Assembly: GCA_036166315.1 (NCBI GenBank)
Contig: JAYZHS010000068.1
Span: 1-45,882 of the forward strand
Direction: 5' to 3'
DNA length: 45,882 nucleotides
Origin: Fidelibacterota bacterium
GTDB lineage: Bacteria > Fidelibacterota > Marinisomatia > Marinisomatales > TCS55
Shown here: one piece after another, positions 6,116 to 15,933 of the stretch
Position numbering within the stretch: the first letter of the stretch is position 1
How the letters are laid out: every line of letters begins with the position of its first letter
Notes under the pieces: model-generated
The model's input: only the letters and a program-made list of their open reading frames with translations
What the model was told of the DNA's origin: nothing
The model's database searches: none
Translations under genes and position numbers: made by a program

Positions 6116-9070
6116 ATGAATAAAACATCAATAGCTATCTTATCATTTGCTATATTATTTATAGTGAGCTGCTCAAGAAATGATGCGAGCTATACTGTAG
6201 AAGACAGAATCATTTCTACATATCCCTTTTCTGACCCGAATCCTATTCCAATACTTACTAAAGATAAAAGATTGTATCCTTATCATGCTTTTATGGGGTA
6301 TAGCTCAGAAAGCGAACCGCAAAGTTGGCAAGTAATTAAAATGGAGAATGATTATATAGAAGTTTTTATGCTACCTGAAGTTGGTGGTAAGGTATGGGGT
6401 GCAGTTGATAAATCAAATGGAGAAGAATTTATTTATCGTAATGAGGTAATGAAGTTCCGCAATATTGCTCTCCGTGGTCCATGGACATCTGGAGGTATTG
6501 AATTTAATTTTGGTATTATTGGCCATACACCCGCAACAGCAACCAAGGTAGACTATTTAGTTCGAAAAAATAACGACGGTAGTATATCCACTTTTGTCGG
6601 TGGGATGGATTTACCCTCTAGAACTTTTTGGAGGGTAGAAGTAAATCTTGAGAAAGATAGATCAAATTTTAAAACTAATACGAGTTGGTATAATTCCACA
6701 TCAATGGTTCAACCTTATTATAATTGGATGACGGGGGCAGCTTTTGCTAAGGATGATCTAGAGCTTGTTTTTCCAGGAAACCAATATTTGAAACATAATG
6801 GAGAAGTAAGAAAATGGCCGATCGATAATAAAGGGAGGAACCTTTCTCTATACACTAATAATCAATTTGGTGGCCATAAATCTTATCACGTCATTGGTTA
6901 TTGGAAAAATTTCTTTGGTGGTTATTATCATAATGATGGATATGGATTTGGGCATTGGGCAAATCACGATGAAATGCCTGGCCAGAAATTATGGCTGTGG
7001 TCTCTTTCTGATCAGGGCGGTATTTGGGAAGATCATTTAACTGATACCGATGGGCAATACATCGAGTTCCAGGCTGGTAGGCAATTTGTTCAGTATCGTG
7101 AGGACCAAGCTAATAATAATCCAGTCAGAAAAGCCTCGTTTGATCCATATGCTTCTGATCAGTGGACTGAATATTGGTTTCCTGTCCAAGCAATAGGAGG
7201 AATAAGTGAAGCATCTGAAAATGGTGTATTAAATATTCAATCGGTACCTGATAGCGGTAATATTTCAATTAAACTGCATTCATTTATTTCTATTGATGGA
7301 GTGGTCAATGTTTTATCTAATTCAAAATTGATTGCTTCAAAAGAGATTAGCTTTAAGCCCATGGAAATTCATACGCTACTAGTAGATAGTATTTCCATCG
7401 ATGGCATGGAGGTCATAGTAGATGAACTCAACCTACATTTTAATACTAAGCTTCAAACAAAATTATTAGATCGCCCATTTAAGCTTGATAAAAAAGCAAT
7501 ATCAGCAATGTCCAAATACGATCAGGAATATTTCCAAGGATATGAATTATTAAAAGAAAGATTTTATCAGGAAGCGAGAGATATTTTTGAAAAAGTCTTA
7601 TCCAAAGAACCGTACCACCTGCAAACCAGAACAGCGATGGCAGATCTTTATTATAGAAGCGGTCAATATGAAAAAGGGTTAGAGATGATCAATCCCAGCC
7701 TTCAATTAAATACCTACGATCCGGAATCAAATTTTATTGCGGGAAACTTATATAGAGCGCTTGGAAACCATATTAATGCTAAAGAATCATATGGCTGGGC
7801 TGCAAGATCCATGAGTCATCGTTCCGCAGCATTTTTAGAGATGGCCGAAATTTATTTATATGAGAAACAGTATGATCTAGCTATAGAGTATGCCCAGAAG
7901 TCTTTACAATTTAATCAGTTAAATATGAGCGCTCGCCAAGTATTGACGATGGCCTATAGAATGAAGGATGACCCAGTTAAGGCTCGGCGTGAAATCGCAT
8001 CATTATTATCTATTGATCCCTTGCATCATATTGCGAATCTAGAATCTTACTTTCTTAATCCTACCGATCGAAATTGGAATCATTATTTATCATTGATTAA
8101 CAATGAATATCAGGGTCAAACACATTTAGAAAACGTTATTTCATATTATAATCGCGGATTTAATAATGATGCTAAGAATTTATTTGTTCGTTTAAATAAT
8201 AGCATTACGCTTGATCCTATTTCTCAGATATGGTTAGCCTACATAACGCAAGATTCTCAAATGTTAAAAAATATCAAAGATATATCTGCTGATTATGCTC
8301 ATCCATTTAGAAGAGAAACTATTCAAGCTTTAGAATGGGCTGTAAATAACACTCCTGACTGGAAGCTAAGATACTACCTTGGTTTGAATTATTGGGCAAA
8401 AGATAGAAATGAAGAAGCAATGGCTTTATTTAATAGTCTTGAAAATACGCCTGATTCAATGCCGTTTTATATTTCGCGCGCAAAATTGAATGATACCTAT
8501 GGGAAGAAAGATCAAACTGAAAAGGACCTTGAAAGAGCAATCAGTTATGCTCAAGATTCATGGATTGCTTATTTATATGCTGTTCAGTATTACCAAGAAA
8601 ATAAAATGTGGAAAAAAGCTGAAAGTTTTTCGGAAAAAGCTTATCTAAAATTTTCAGATAATTTTAACGTCCATGTATTGCATGCTAAATCATTACTATA
8701 CCTTGGTAAAGTTGATGAATGCATAAACATTTTAAATAATACAAAAGTTCTACCATCTGAAATGGGTAAAGAAAGTCGCCAGTTATATGAATGGGCACTG
8801 CTTGAGAAATCTATACGATTAATTCGCAGCAAGCAGCTTACTGAAGCACGTAAAATTATTAAAAAAAGCAGAGAGTGGCCAAAAAACTTAGGCATTGGAA
8901 AACCTTATGAAACTGATGAAAGAATTCAGGACGTATTAGTTGATTATATTAATAATCCTTTAAGTTCAGCAAAATATCAAAGGTATTTAGATAGCATCGC
9001 AAAAACTAGCGATAGCTATACATTGACGCTGATAAGATCAGCCAAGTCAATGATGAGGTCGCTAAACTAA
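6116..9070 (+). CDS. Large secreted lipoprotein: N-terminal DUF5107-like beta-rich domain plus C-terminal TPR repeats
   Basis: MNKTSIAILSFAILFIVSC lipoprotein signal; I prefer ATG 6116 over the TTG 6098 in the ORF track. The N-terminal half (YPFSDPNPIP, EVGGKVWGAVDK, LRGPWTSGGIEFNFG) matches my memory of DUF5107. The C-terminal half has repeated TPR-like helices (e.g. AMADLYYRSGQYEKGLEMINPSLQLN). Confidence 0.55.
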   Translation: MNKTSIAILSFAILFIVSCSRNDASYTVEDRIISTYPFSDPNPIPILTKDKRLYPYHAFMGYSSESEPQSWQVIKMENDYIEVFMLPEVGGKVWGAVDKSNGEEFIYRNEVMKFRNIALRGPWTSGGIEFNFGIIGHTPATATKVDYLVRKNNDGSISTFVGGMDLPSRTFWRVEVNLEKDRSNFKTNTSWYNSTSMVQPYYNWMTGAAFAKDDLELVFPGNQYLKHNGEVRKWPIDNKGRNLSLYTNNQFGGHKSYHVIGYWKNFFGGYYHNDGYGFGHWANHDEMPGQKLWLWSLSDQGGIWEDHLTDTDGQYIEFQAGRQFVQYREDQANNNPVRKASFDPYASDQWTEYWFPVQAIGGISEASENGVLNIQSVPDSGNISIKLHSFISIDGVVNVLSNSKLIASKEISFKPMEIHTLLVDSISIDGMEVIVDELNLHFNTKLQTKLLDRPFKLDKKAISAMSKYDQEYFQGYELLKERFYQEARDIFEKVLSKEPYHLQTRTAMADLYYRSGQYEKGLEMINPSLQLNTYDPESNFIAGNLYRALGNHINAKESYGWAARSMSHRSAAFLEMAEIYLYEKQYDLAIEYAQKSLQFNQLNMSARQVLTMAYRMKDDPVKARREIASLLSIDPLHHIANLESYFLNPTDRNWNHYLSLINNEYQGQTHLENVISYYNRGFNNDAKNLFVRLNNSITLDPISQIWLAYITQDSQMLKNIKDISADYAHPFRRETIQALEWAVNNTPDWKLRYYLGLNYWAKDRNEEAMALFNSLENTPDSMPFYISRAKLNDTYGKKDQTEKDLERAISYAQDSWIAYLYAVQYYQENKMWKKAESFSEKAYLKFSDNFNVHVLHAKSLLYLGKVDECINILNNTKVLPSEMGKESRQLYEWALLEKSIRLIRSKQLTEARKIIKKSREWPKNLGIGKPYETDERIQDVLVDYINNPLSSAKYQRYLDSIAKTSDSYTLTLIRSAKSMMRSLN

Positions 9071-9984
9071 GAATTTTGATTATTGATTTTTTTCAGAAGC
9101 TTTGAAGTAAGGTGAATGCCATCGTATTCAGAATGCTTGTTTCCTTCGTATTCAATACCCACATAGCCACTATAGCCTGCATCTAAAACTATTTTCATCA
9201 TTTTATAATAATCGGTCCGCACTTCATTTCCATTTGCATCAAACTCGTGGCTTTTTGCACTGACTGCTTTTGCAAAAGGCATAAGCTCCTTAACGCCTTT
9301 ATAGCGATCATACCAATCTTCATTTTTAATCAAAAAATTTCCAAAATCTGGAAGGGTACCTGCACGTGGATGATTTATTTTTTTCATTAAACTAGATAGC
9401 CAAGCACCGTTTGATGAAAGGCCACCATGATTTTCAACTATTGTATTGATATTCATTCCATTGCAAAATTCAACAAGCTTAGTTAACCCTTCTGCTGCTA
9501 AATCTAGCTGTTCTTGATATGGCAAGCTATCATCGCTTCTGGCGTTAACTCTAATGGAATGACAATCTAAAAACTTTGCAGCTTCAGCCCATTTATAGTG
9601 ATTCTCCACCGATTGATTTCTTTTGTTAGGATCAGGATCGCCAAGATTACCTTCATTGTCACACATAATCAATAAGCTCTTTACACCATAATCGTTTGCC
9701 CTAGTTTTCATTTCATTCAGATATTTTTGATCTTTCGCTTTATCAAAAAAGAATGAATTGACATACTCTACAGCATCAAGACCAAACTCCGTTTTTGTTA
9801 AAGAAATAAAATCTAAATGATCAATACTCTTCGATCGCAAAGCACGGTGCAATGACCATTCTGCTAAAGAAATTTTAAATGCAGGCTGATTGGAACAACC
9901 TGATAGAAATGATGAACCAACAAAAGGTAAAGACAGTCCACCAATTAAGAATGAGGTATCTTTAATAAATTTTCTTCTTTTCAT
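9067..9984 (-). CDS. Xylose-isomerase-like TIM-barrel protein (sugar phosphate isomerase/epimerase family) with TAT/lipoprotein signal
   Basis: I chose internal Met52 of the listed ORF as start. MKRRKFIKDTSFLIGGLSLPFVGSSFLSGC has a twin-Arg motif and a lipobox, and this start lies 1 nt after the upstream gene's stop. The body has AP_endonuc_2-like features (VENHGG, GYVGIEYEG). Confidence 0.75.
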   Translation of the reverse strand: MKRRKFIKDTSFLIGGLSLPFVGSSFLSGCSNQPAFKISLAEWSLHRALRSKSIDHLDFISLTKTEFGLDAVEYVNSFFFDKAKDQKYLNEMKTRANDYGVKSLLIMCDNEGNLGDPDPNKRNQSVENHYKWAEAAKFLDCHSIRVNARSDDSLPYQEQLDLAAEGLTKLVEFCNGMNINTIVENHGGLSSNGAWLSSLMKKINHPRAGTLPDFGNFLIKNEDWYDRYKGVKELMPFAKAVSAKSHEFDANGNEVRTDYYKMMKIVLDAGYSGYVGIEYEGNKHSEYDGIHLTSKLLKKINNQNS

Positions 9985-9985
9985 A

Positions 9986-10675
9986 TTACAACTTTCGTAT
10001 CCTAATATTTCTATACCATACTTCTTCACCATGATGTTGAAGACCAATATGTCCGGAGGTGGCTTTTGCAAAATAAGGCATATCTTTAAATTTACTTTTA
10101 TCAACGAGCTCCCACATTGCATTACTTTGATAAACATATTCTAATATCTTTACACCATTCAACCAATGCTCAACTCTATTTTTTAAAACCTTAATTTTAG
10201 CTTTATTATATTTACCAACCGACTTGGTCTTGCCATTGTTAGGTGCAATTAAAGCAAATAAGGAACCAGCTGAAGTGAGCGGGTTTTTCCCATCTGGATG
10301 ATTGTCATTATCGAGAACTTGCATTTCAGGAGCTGATTGCCATATGTAGCTTTGCGATTCTGAAGCAAAATAAAAAATTCCACTATTACCCGCTTTAGAA
10401 ACTTTCCATTCTAGCTCTAATTCAAAATTCTGATATTTATCTTTAGTTATAATATCTACGGTATTGTTTAACCTGGGAATAGTTTTTAGGGAATTGTTTT
10501 CTATCTTCCAATTATCATCAGGAAAATTTTCTTTACCAAATCCTCTCCATTGTTCAGTATTTGTTCCATCAAAAAGAATTTGCCAATCGTTACTTGATGA
10601 AGAACATCCTATAAAACAGGCAAGGATTGATGGCAATATAGTAAGTTTGATTTGATTCATTTTTCTGATATTCAT
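9986..10675 (-). CDS. DUF1080 (3-keto-disaccharide hydrolase family, PF06439) lipoprotein, copy 1
   Basis: Signal plus lipobox (ILACFIGC). Motifs: WQILFDG, W...NSLK, FELELEWKV..GNSGIFY, EMQVLDN, and C-terminal GHIGLQHHGEEVWYRNIRIRKL. Confidence 0.85.
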   Translation of the reverse strand: MNIRKMNQIKLTILPSILACFIGCSSSSNDWQILFDGTNTEQWRGFGKENFPDDNWKIENNSLKTIPRLNNTVDIITKDKYQNFELELEWKVSKAGNSGIFYFASESQSYIWQSAPEMQVLDNDNHPDGKNPLTSAGSLFALIAPNNGKTKSVGKYNKAKIKVLKNRVEHWLNGVKILEYVYQSNAMWELVDKSKFKDMPYFAKATSGHIGLQHHGEEVWYRNIRIRKL

Positions 10676-10680
10676 AGTTG

Positions 10681-11340
10681 TTATAATTTTCTTATTCTAA
10701 TATTTTTATACCAAACCTCTCCATGATCACCTTGAAGTCCGATAGATCCCTTAGTGGCTTTTGCAAAATAAGGCATATCCTTAAATTTACTTTTATCAAC
10801 GAGTTTCCACATCGCATTGCTTTGATAATCATACTCTAATATTTTTTCTCCATTCAGCCAATGCTCTATATGTTTATTTTTTGATATAATTACCACCTGA
10901 TTGTATTCTCCAGCAGGTTTAACATTTTTAATAACTGGCTTAATCAGATCATACAGGGCACCCGCAGACGTCTTTGAATTTTTCCCATCAGTATGAAACT
11001 TATTATCTAGCACTTGCATTTCAGGAGCAGTGTGCCATATTTCATCGGATTTTTCTGTAGCAAAATAGAAAACCCCACTATTTCCACCTTCTTCAACTTT
11101 CCATTCTAATTCAAGTTCAAAATCTTCAAAAATTTCTTCGCTGATCAAATCAATACCGTTTTCAGGGATACTTTTTAAAGCGCCATCAACAACCGCCCAA
11201 GAGTCTTTTGGGAAACCTGATTGTTTATAACCCCGTAAGCCTTCAACAGTTTTACCATCAAATAGTACAATCCAATTTTTATTGGAAGAACAGCTCATAA
11301 ATAGGCTTAAAGATAAAATAAAGCTAATTTTTGTAATCAA
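10681..11340 (-). CDS. DUF1080 (3-keto-disaccharide hydrolase family) lipoprotein, copy 2
   Basis: TTG start overlapping the upstream stop (TTGA). Lipobox LFMSC. Same motif set as copy 1 (FELELEWKV, EMQVLDN, GSIGLQGDHGEVWYKNIRIRKL). Confidence 0.85.
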   Translation of the reverse strand: MITKISFILSLSLFMSCSSNKNWIVLFDGKTVEGLRGYKQSGFPKDSWAVVDGALKSIPENGIDLISEEIFEDFELELEWKVEEGGNSGVFYFATEKSDEIWHTAPEMQVLDNKFHTDGKNSKTSAGALYDLIKPVIKNVKPAGEYNQVVIISKNKHIEHWLNGEKILEYDYQSNAMWKLVDKSKFKDMPYFAKATKGSIGLQGDHGEVWYKNIRIRKL

Positions 11341-12590
11341 TTAGCTTTTGGATTCCAATTACCCTGTGATACAGCAGGTATGAAATCTTCAATATTAGAA
11401 TTAGGAAGTTTTATAGTCTTACCTTGTTCTGCGCTCATATAGGCAGCCATCAATAATCGAGTTACATCTAATCCATCATCAAAATTTTCTTCAGGCCTTT
11501 TTCCGCTAAGAAAACTTTCAACCATATGGCGGTTTTCTGCAGTGTAGCCATAAACCTCAGCTTCATTGCTTACGACAGGCATACCACCCGATTCAGCATT
11601 TTGCTTCTCAACCAAATCCTCACCCTCACTACCAACTACTTTTCTACTAAAGAATACTTTGAGATCTGGATCTAAGGTGTTGACAAACATGGAATATTCT
11701 GGACCAAAAAGCTCCATACTCAATCTTAAGCCTTCACCAACAAAACACCAGGATGTTGTTGTTTCAACAATTAACTTATTTCCATCTTCATCTAGATATT
11801 CAATCAATGACCTAGCAAAGTCTTCAGAAGGCTTATTGATATAATCTGTTTTTCCATCACTATTATCAGAAAGAATTTTTGCATATTCTGGGCGTTGCCA
11901 TTTTAAACAATCCATATGAGCGCTGATACTGATTGGAGTTAAGGAATCTCTAGGTTTGCCGGGTTCGGTTAGCATAAACCTAGCCTCCTCAACTGAATGA
12001 CACATCATGTCATTTAATACACCGCCACCCTGAAGCGAACCTTCCCAAAACCATGGCATATGAGGACCACTATGTTCTTCCGCGGCTCTAGCAAGATAAG
12101 GCCTTCCGGTCGTAGCTGCACCTCTAGCCCAAACAATTTCTTTTCCTCTTGTTATTGAAGGCGAGAAAACTTGATTTTCAAGATAGCCATCAAGTAAACC
12201 TACACTTTTTGTAAGCTCAACTACTTTCTTTGCTTCTTGATAATTTCTACCCAATGGTTTTTCACAGGTTACCCCAATTAACTCGCCTTTGCCTGATGAA
12301 ATAGCGTTAGCAATCTCTTCAAAGGTTTCAATTCGAGCAAAATTAGGAGAGCAAATCCACAAGGCATGTATTTCAGGGTCAGCGATCATATCGGTAATTG
12401 AATCATAGGCCTTTGCATTGTTGCCAACACCAATCGTACGCGCAAGGCTCGCCGATTCCTCTGCTGATTTCTTTGTGCGAGACATTACCCCTACAACATC
12501 TACATTTCTTACCCCAATCAAAGATTGGATATGAAATCGAGTAATAAATCCTCCGCCAACAAAACCTATTCCAAGATGTCTTTCACTCAT
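11337..12590 (-). CDS. Gfo/Idh/MocA-family NAD(P)-dependent oxidoreductase (cytoplasmic, no signal peptide)
   Basis: N-terminal Rossmann GIGFVGGGFITRFH. The EKP motif (CEKPLG) is typical of the family. Confidence 0.85.
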   Translation of the reverse strand: MSERHLGIGFVGGGFITRFHIQSLIGVRNVDVVGVMSRTKKSAEESASLARTIGVGNNAKAYDSITDMIADPEIHALWICSPNFARIETFEEIANAISSGKGELIGVTCEKPLGRNYQEAKKVVELTKSVGLLDGYLENQVFSPSITRGKEIVWARGAATTGRPYLARAAEEHSGPHMPWFWEGSLQGGGVLNDMMCHSVEEARFMLTEPGKPRDSLTPISISAHMDCLKWQRPEYAKILSDNSDGKTDYINKPSEDFARSLIEYLDEDGNKLIVETTTSWCFVGEGLRLSMELFGPEYSMFVNTLDPDLKVFFSRKVVGSEGEDLVEKQNAESGGMPVVSNEAEVYGYTAENRHMVESFLSGKRPEENFDDGLDVTRLLMAAYMSAEQGKTIKLPNSNIEDFIPAVSQGNWNPKAN

Positions 12591-12596
12591 AAATTT

Positions 12597-13811
12597 CTAA
12601 ACCCCTTTTAAATCTTCTTCAGTTACTTTTGGATCATCTCTGAAAAAGGCTAAAAATACCAATCCCATAATGATACAAAGCGTTGCTGGTACTAGGAAAA
12701 ATTGCCACCAGATTGTTTCACCGGATGGTGTTTTAAAGGTATCCCATATATATCCAGTAAATAAAGTGCCTAGGTAATTTCCCATTCCCCATGTTGCAAA
12801 GATAAATAGTGCTTGAGCCGAGGCGCGCATATCATCAGAAGCCTTTTTATTGGTATAGATATTTCCTGTGACCATGAAAAATGCATATCCAAACCCATGC
12901 AAAGAAAGGGCTGCTACAATTACAGGAAGACTTGGGATCGTAAATAAAAGATATCTTAAGGGCCAGGCCATTATTCCAATGAACATTGTCCAGCGAACCC
13001 CAATCTTTTTTATTGCGATATGCAGTAAAAAAGTTAGCACCAATACTTCAGAGATTTGAGCAACGGTTTTGGTTGCTGTCAACCAAGCTTCGGTTGCCCC
13101 CATATCTAATAGAAATGGTCCTGTCGGTATATAATAGAATTGCATTTCCGTTGTAACAACAAATGCTACAAGCATAAAAATCAAAAAATTTCTATCCTTA
13201 AGCATTCCAAAAGCTTTAATAAAGGCAAGCGGGTCTTGTGAGTCTTTTATAGGTTCAGTCTTAGGAAGTGTAAAGCTATAAATTCCCATTATAGCAGAAA
13301 CTACAGCTGCAATTACAAGCAAGTCGCTCATACCGGTTAAATTTTCAGTTTGCCAATTACTCCTAACAAACGTAACTATCCAACCGATTGCAATCCAGCC
13401 TATGGCACCCCAAACTCTAATTTTACCAAATTCTTCATCTGCATTCCCTAAATGTCGAAAGCAGATAGAATTTGTTAAGACCAAGGTAGGAGCATACAAA
13501 AGACAGTGCGCCATCATATACCACCACATTGGTGTAAAATCAGTTTGAATAGATGTTTGATAAAGAAGGTATGCTCCAGCGATATGGGCAATACCAAGAA
13601 ATTGCTGAGACTGCATTAACCTATCAGCTACTTGCCCTCCAATGAATGGTGCTACAATGCAGGCAAGCCACATACACCCATAGATTCCTGCAATTTCAGA
13701 GCCAGAGAATCCAATTTTCTCAAGATGGGCGCCCAAGGCAGTAGTCCACGCCCCCCAAATAGCATATTGGAGGAACATCATGATTGAAAAACGAACTTTA
13801 TTTGTCATCAT
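12597..13811 (-). CDS. MFS transporter of the nucleoside:H+ symporter (NupG/XapB/YegT-like) family
   Basis: 12 TM. N-terminal FSIMMFLQYAIWGAWTTALGAHL parallels the NupG stretch LSFLQFCLWGSWLTTLGSYM. Confidence 0.75.
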   Translation of the reverse strand: MMTNKVRFSIMMFLQYAIWGAWTTALGAHLEKIGFSGSEIAGIYGCMWLACIVAPFIGGQVADRLMQSQQFLGIAHIAGAYLLYQTSIQTDFTPMWWYMMAHCLLYAPTLVLTNSICFRHLGNADEEFGKIRVWGAIGWIAIGWIVTFVRSNWQTENLTGMSDLLVIAAVVSAIMGIYSFTLPKTEPIKDSQDPLAFIKAFGMLKDRNFLIFMLVAFVVTTEMQFYYIPTGPFLLDMGATEAWLTATKTVAQISEVLVLTFLLHIAIKKIGVRWTMFIGIMAWPLRYLLFTIPSLPVIVAALSLHGFGYAFFMVTGNIYTNKKASDDMRASAQALFIFATWGMGNYLGTLFTGYIWDTFKTPSGETIWWQFFLVPATLCIIMGLVFLAFFRDDPKVTEEDLKGV

Positions 13812-13822
13812 ATATTTGACCG

Positions 13823-15427
13823 TTAAATCAGTTTACGATTTTTTGCATCGTATTCAACTCGTCTGCCCGTTAGGTAAGATTCTGTAGCCATTGCACAGGC
13901 AACACCTTCATGATAAGCAACATCAATATTGCACCTAGGCTGTGAGCCATCTCTAATCGAATCCAACCAATCTTTAACATGAAGATGAGTAGGATCAACC
14001 CTTTTACCTTCACGATAGGTATATAATAGACCTTTGTTTGCAAAGTACTTAGAGGTTGCGGAAGTAACACCATCAATGTCCTTAGATCCTGGCGAATAAG
14101 TTAGGATTGGATAATTTGGATTGATTACTCCGCTCTTTAGTCTTTCTTTATATTGTGTAGATAATTCATCAGCTGTGACCGCAAATCCATGAATTGATCC
14201 ACCACCACTTTGTCCACCCATTTGCATGGTTGCATCATGACCCATAATTCTATTTCCGCGAGGATTTGCGCTGGAGAGGGTAGCGCTATAAAGTAAAGTT
14301 AGGCCGCCATCTTTATGATCTGGATATTCAAAGGTTGCATTCCATACATCCGGAACATCTCGGCCATCTTTGTAAAAATAAACACCACCAGTGGATGAGG
14401 CATATTTTGGTATACCAATTTCCATGATCTGATTAATGGCGTCAAAGTCATGTGATAATAAATCACCGGAAAGACCTGTTCCATAATCGTACCAACACCT
14501 CCATCTAAAAAATCTTTTTAACGCTTCCTCTCCAAATGGAATCTTGTTTGGTGAGGGCTTTTGAAATGTTTCCCAATCAATTGTTTTTGCATTTCCTTTA
14601 GGATGAATATCCCATACCCATGCACCCCAAGGAGAATTACGATTAGTAGCAATTTCAACTAAGTTAACCGGCCCTAACAAACCTTGTTTATAAATTTGTT
14701 TTGCTTTTTCATTTGCTTCAACTTGACGATTCTGATGTCCTAATTGAAACGTGATACCTGTCTCCTTAACTGTATCATAGACATCTATAACTTCATCAAA
14801 GGTCCTGGTTAATCCTTTTTCACAATACACATGTTTTCCAGCTTTAGCAGCATCAGTCACAATTTTAGCATGCCAATGGTCAGGTGTTGCAATAATTACA
14901 GCATCAATTTCATCGTTTGCTAACAGATCTTGATAGCGGCGATATTTTTTTGCAGATGATTTTGGTTTTCCTCCAGGGCGAGTTTCATTCTTTGAAGCAT
15001 CAATTCCTTGATCTGCGCGAACATCAAATAAATCTGATACCCCCACTAAAGAGCAGTTCAAATCCTCTTGAGTCATAAATGTTTCAAACTGTTTATCCAG
15101 TTTATTTTTTTGAGCATTTTCCGATGCCCTATTTGTCCAGCCAGTTGTTGCAAAACCCGCACCGCGTACCAGATGTCCTCCACGACCACCATATCCAATC
15201 ACGCCTATATTTAAATGACGAGAATTTGATAATGATTTAACTACAGCTGGCGCTTTCTTCTCATTCACCAGGTTGGATAGGAGGTTAGATTTTTTTATTT
15301 TATCTCTTTTTACTTTTTGCCAAAGATTAAGTAAGAAAAAACCGGCAACAGGTACACCAGCTAATCCTTTTAGTAGATCGCGTCGTTCCAAATTAGTTTT
15401 ATTGGTTTTTTTATTTTTCTTAGCCAT
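13823..15427 (-). CDS. Gfo/Idh/MocA-family oxidoreductase with twin-arginine (TAT) signal, periplasmic
   Basis: LERRDLLKGLAGVPVAGFFLL TAT signal. Rossmann IGVIGYGGRGGH. CEKG motif. Long C-terminal domain. Confidence 0.85.
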   Translation of the reverse strand: MAKKNKKTNKTNLERRDLLKGLAGVPVAGFFLLNLWQKVKRDKIKKSNLLSNLVNEKKAPAVVKSLSNSRHLNIGVIGYGGRGGHLVRGAGFATTGWTNRASENAQKNKLDKQFETFMTQEDLNCSLVGVSDLFDVRADQGIDASKNETRPGGKPKSSAKKYRRYQDLLANDEIDAVIIATPDHWHAKIVTDAAKAGKHVYCEKGLTRTFDEVIDVYDTVKETGITFQLGHQNRQVEANEKAKQIYKQGLLGPVNLVEIATNRNSPWGAWVWDIHPKGNAKTIDWETFQKPSPNKIPFGEEALKRFFRWRCWYDYGTGLSGDLLSHDFDAINQIMEIGIPKYASSTGGVYFYKDGRDVPDVWNATFEYPDHKDGGLTLLYSATLSSANPRGNRIMGHDATMQMGGQSGGGSIHGFAVTADELSTQYKERLKSGVINPNYPILTYSPGSKDIDGVTSATSKYFANKGLLYTYREGKRVDPTHLHVKDWLDSIRDGSQPRCNIDVAYHEGVACAMATESYLTGRRVEYDAKNRKLI

Positions 15428-15438
15428 CTTTTTCTCCT

Positions 15439-15933
15439 TTAATTTTTTGCTTCATTATTTAAGAAGCGATCAATGCCTATATGTTGACTAGTAGGAAAAG
15501 CATACAATACCCATAGCGCACAGGCTTCAATTAAATTTTTATTAACGACAATGTAGCTACCTTCATTGGGTTTGCCGTATTCCAACCCTACAAGAGGAGG
15601 CGCAAAAAGATAATACATTATTATGAACCCCATACCAACAAGTGCACCATATCTACTAAATATGCCGAACAATAATGATACGCCCACCAAAGTTAATCCC
15701 CACATATTAATATAGTCTGAAAGAGTTAAAAGTGTTGGATTGGAAACGATAGTTTCAGCGATTCCAGAAAAGATCCATTTTGAATCTAACAGGTAAGCCG
15801 CGGAAGACCAATAGGGGTTGAGTAGTTTTGAAATTCCTTCATAAAGAAAGTGCCAACCAATCAAAAATCTTAATGTAACTAATCCATAAAATTGATATTG
15901 ATTTGATTTAATTGATGCATCTAAAGAATTCAT
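15439..15933 (-). CDS. DoxX-family membrane protein
   Basis: 164 aa, 4 TM. LRFLIGWHFLYEGISKL is typical of DoxX. Confidence 0.7.
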   Translation of the reverse strand: MNSLDASIKSNQYQFYGLVTLRFLIGWHFLYEGISKLLNPYWSSAAYLLDSKWIFSGIAETIVSNPTLLTLSDYINMWGLTLVGVSLLFGIFSRYGALVGMGFIIMYYLFAPPLVGLEYGKPNEGSYIVVNKNLIEACALWVLYAFPTSQHIGIDRFLNNEAKN

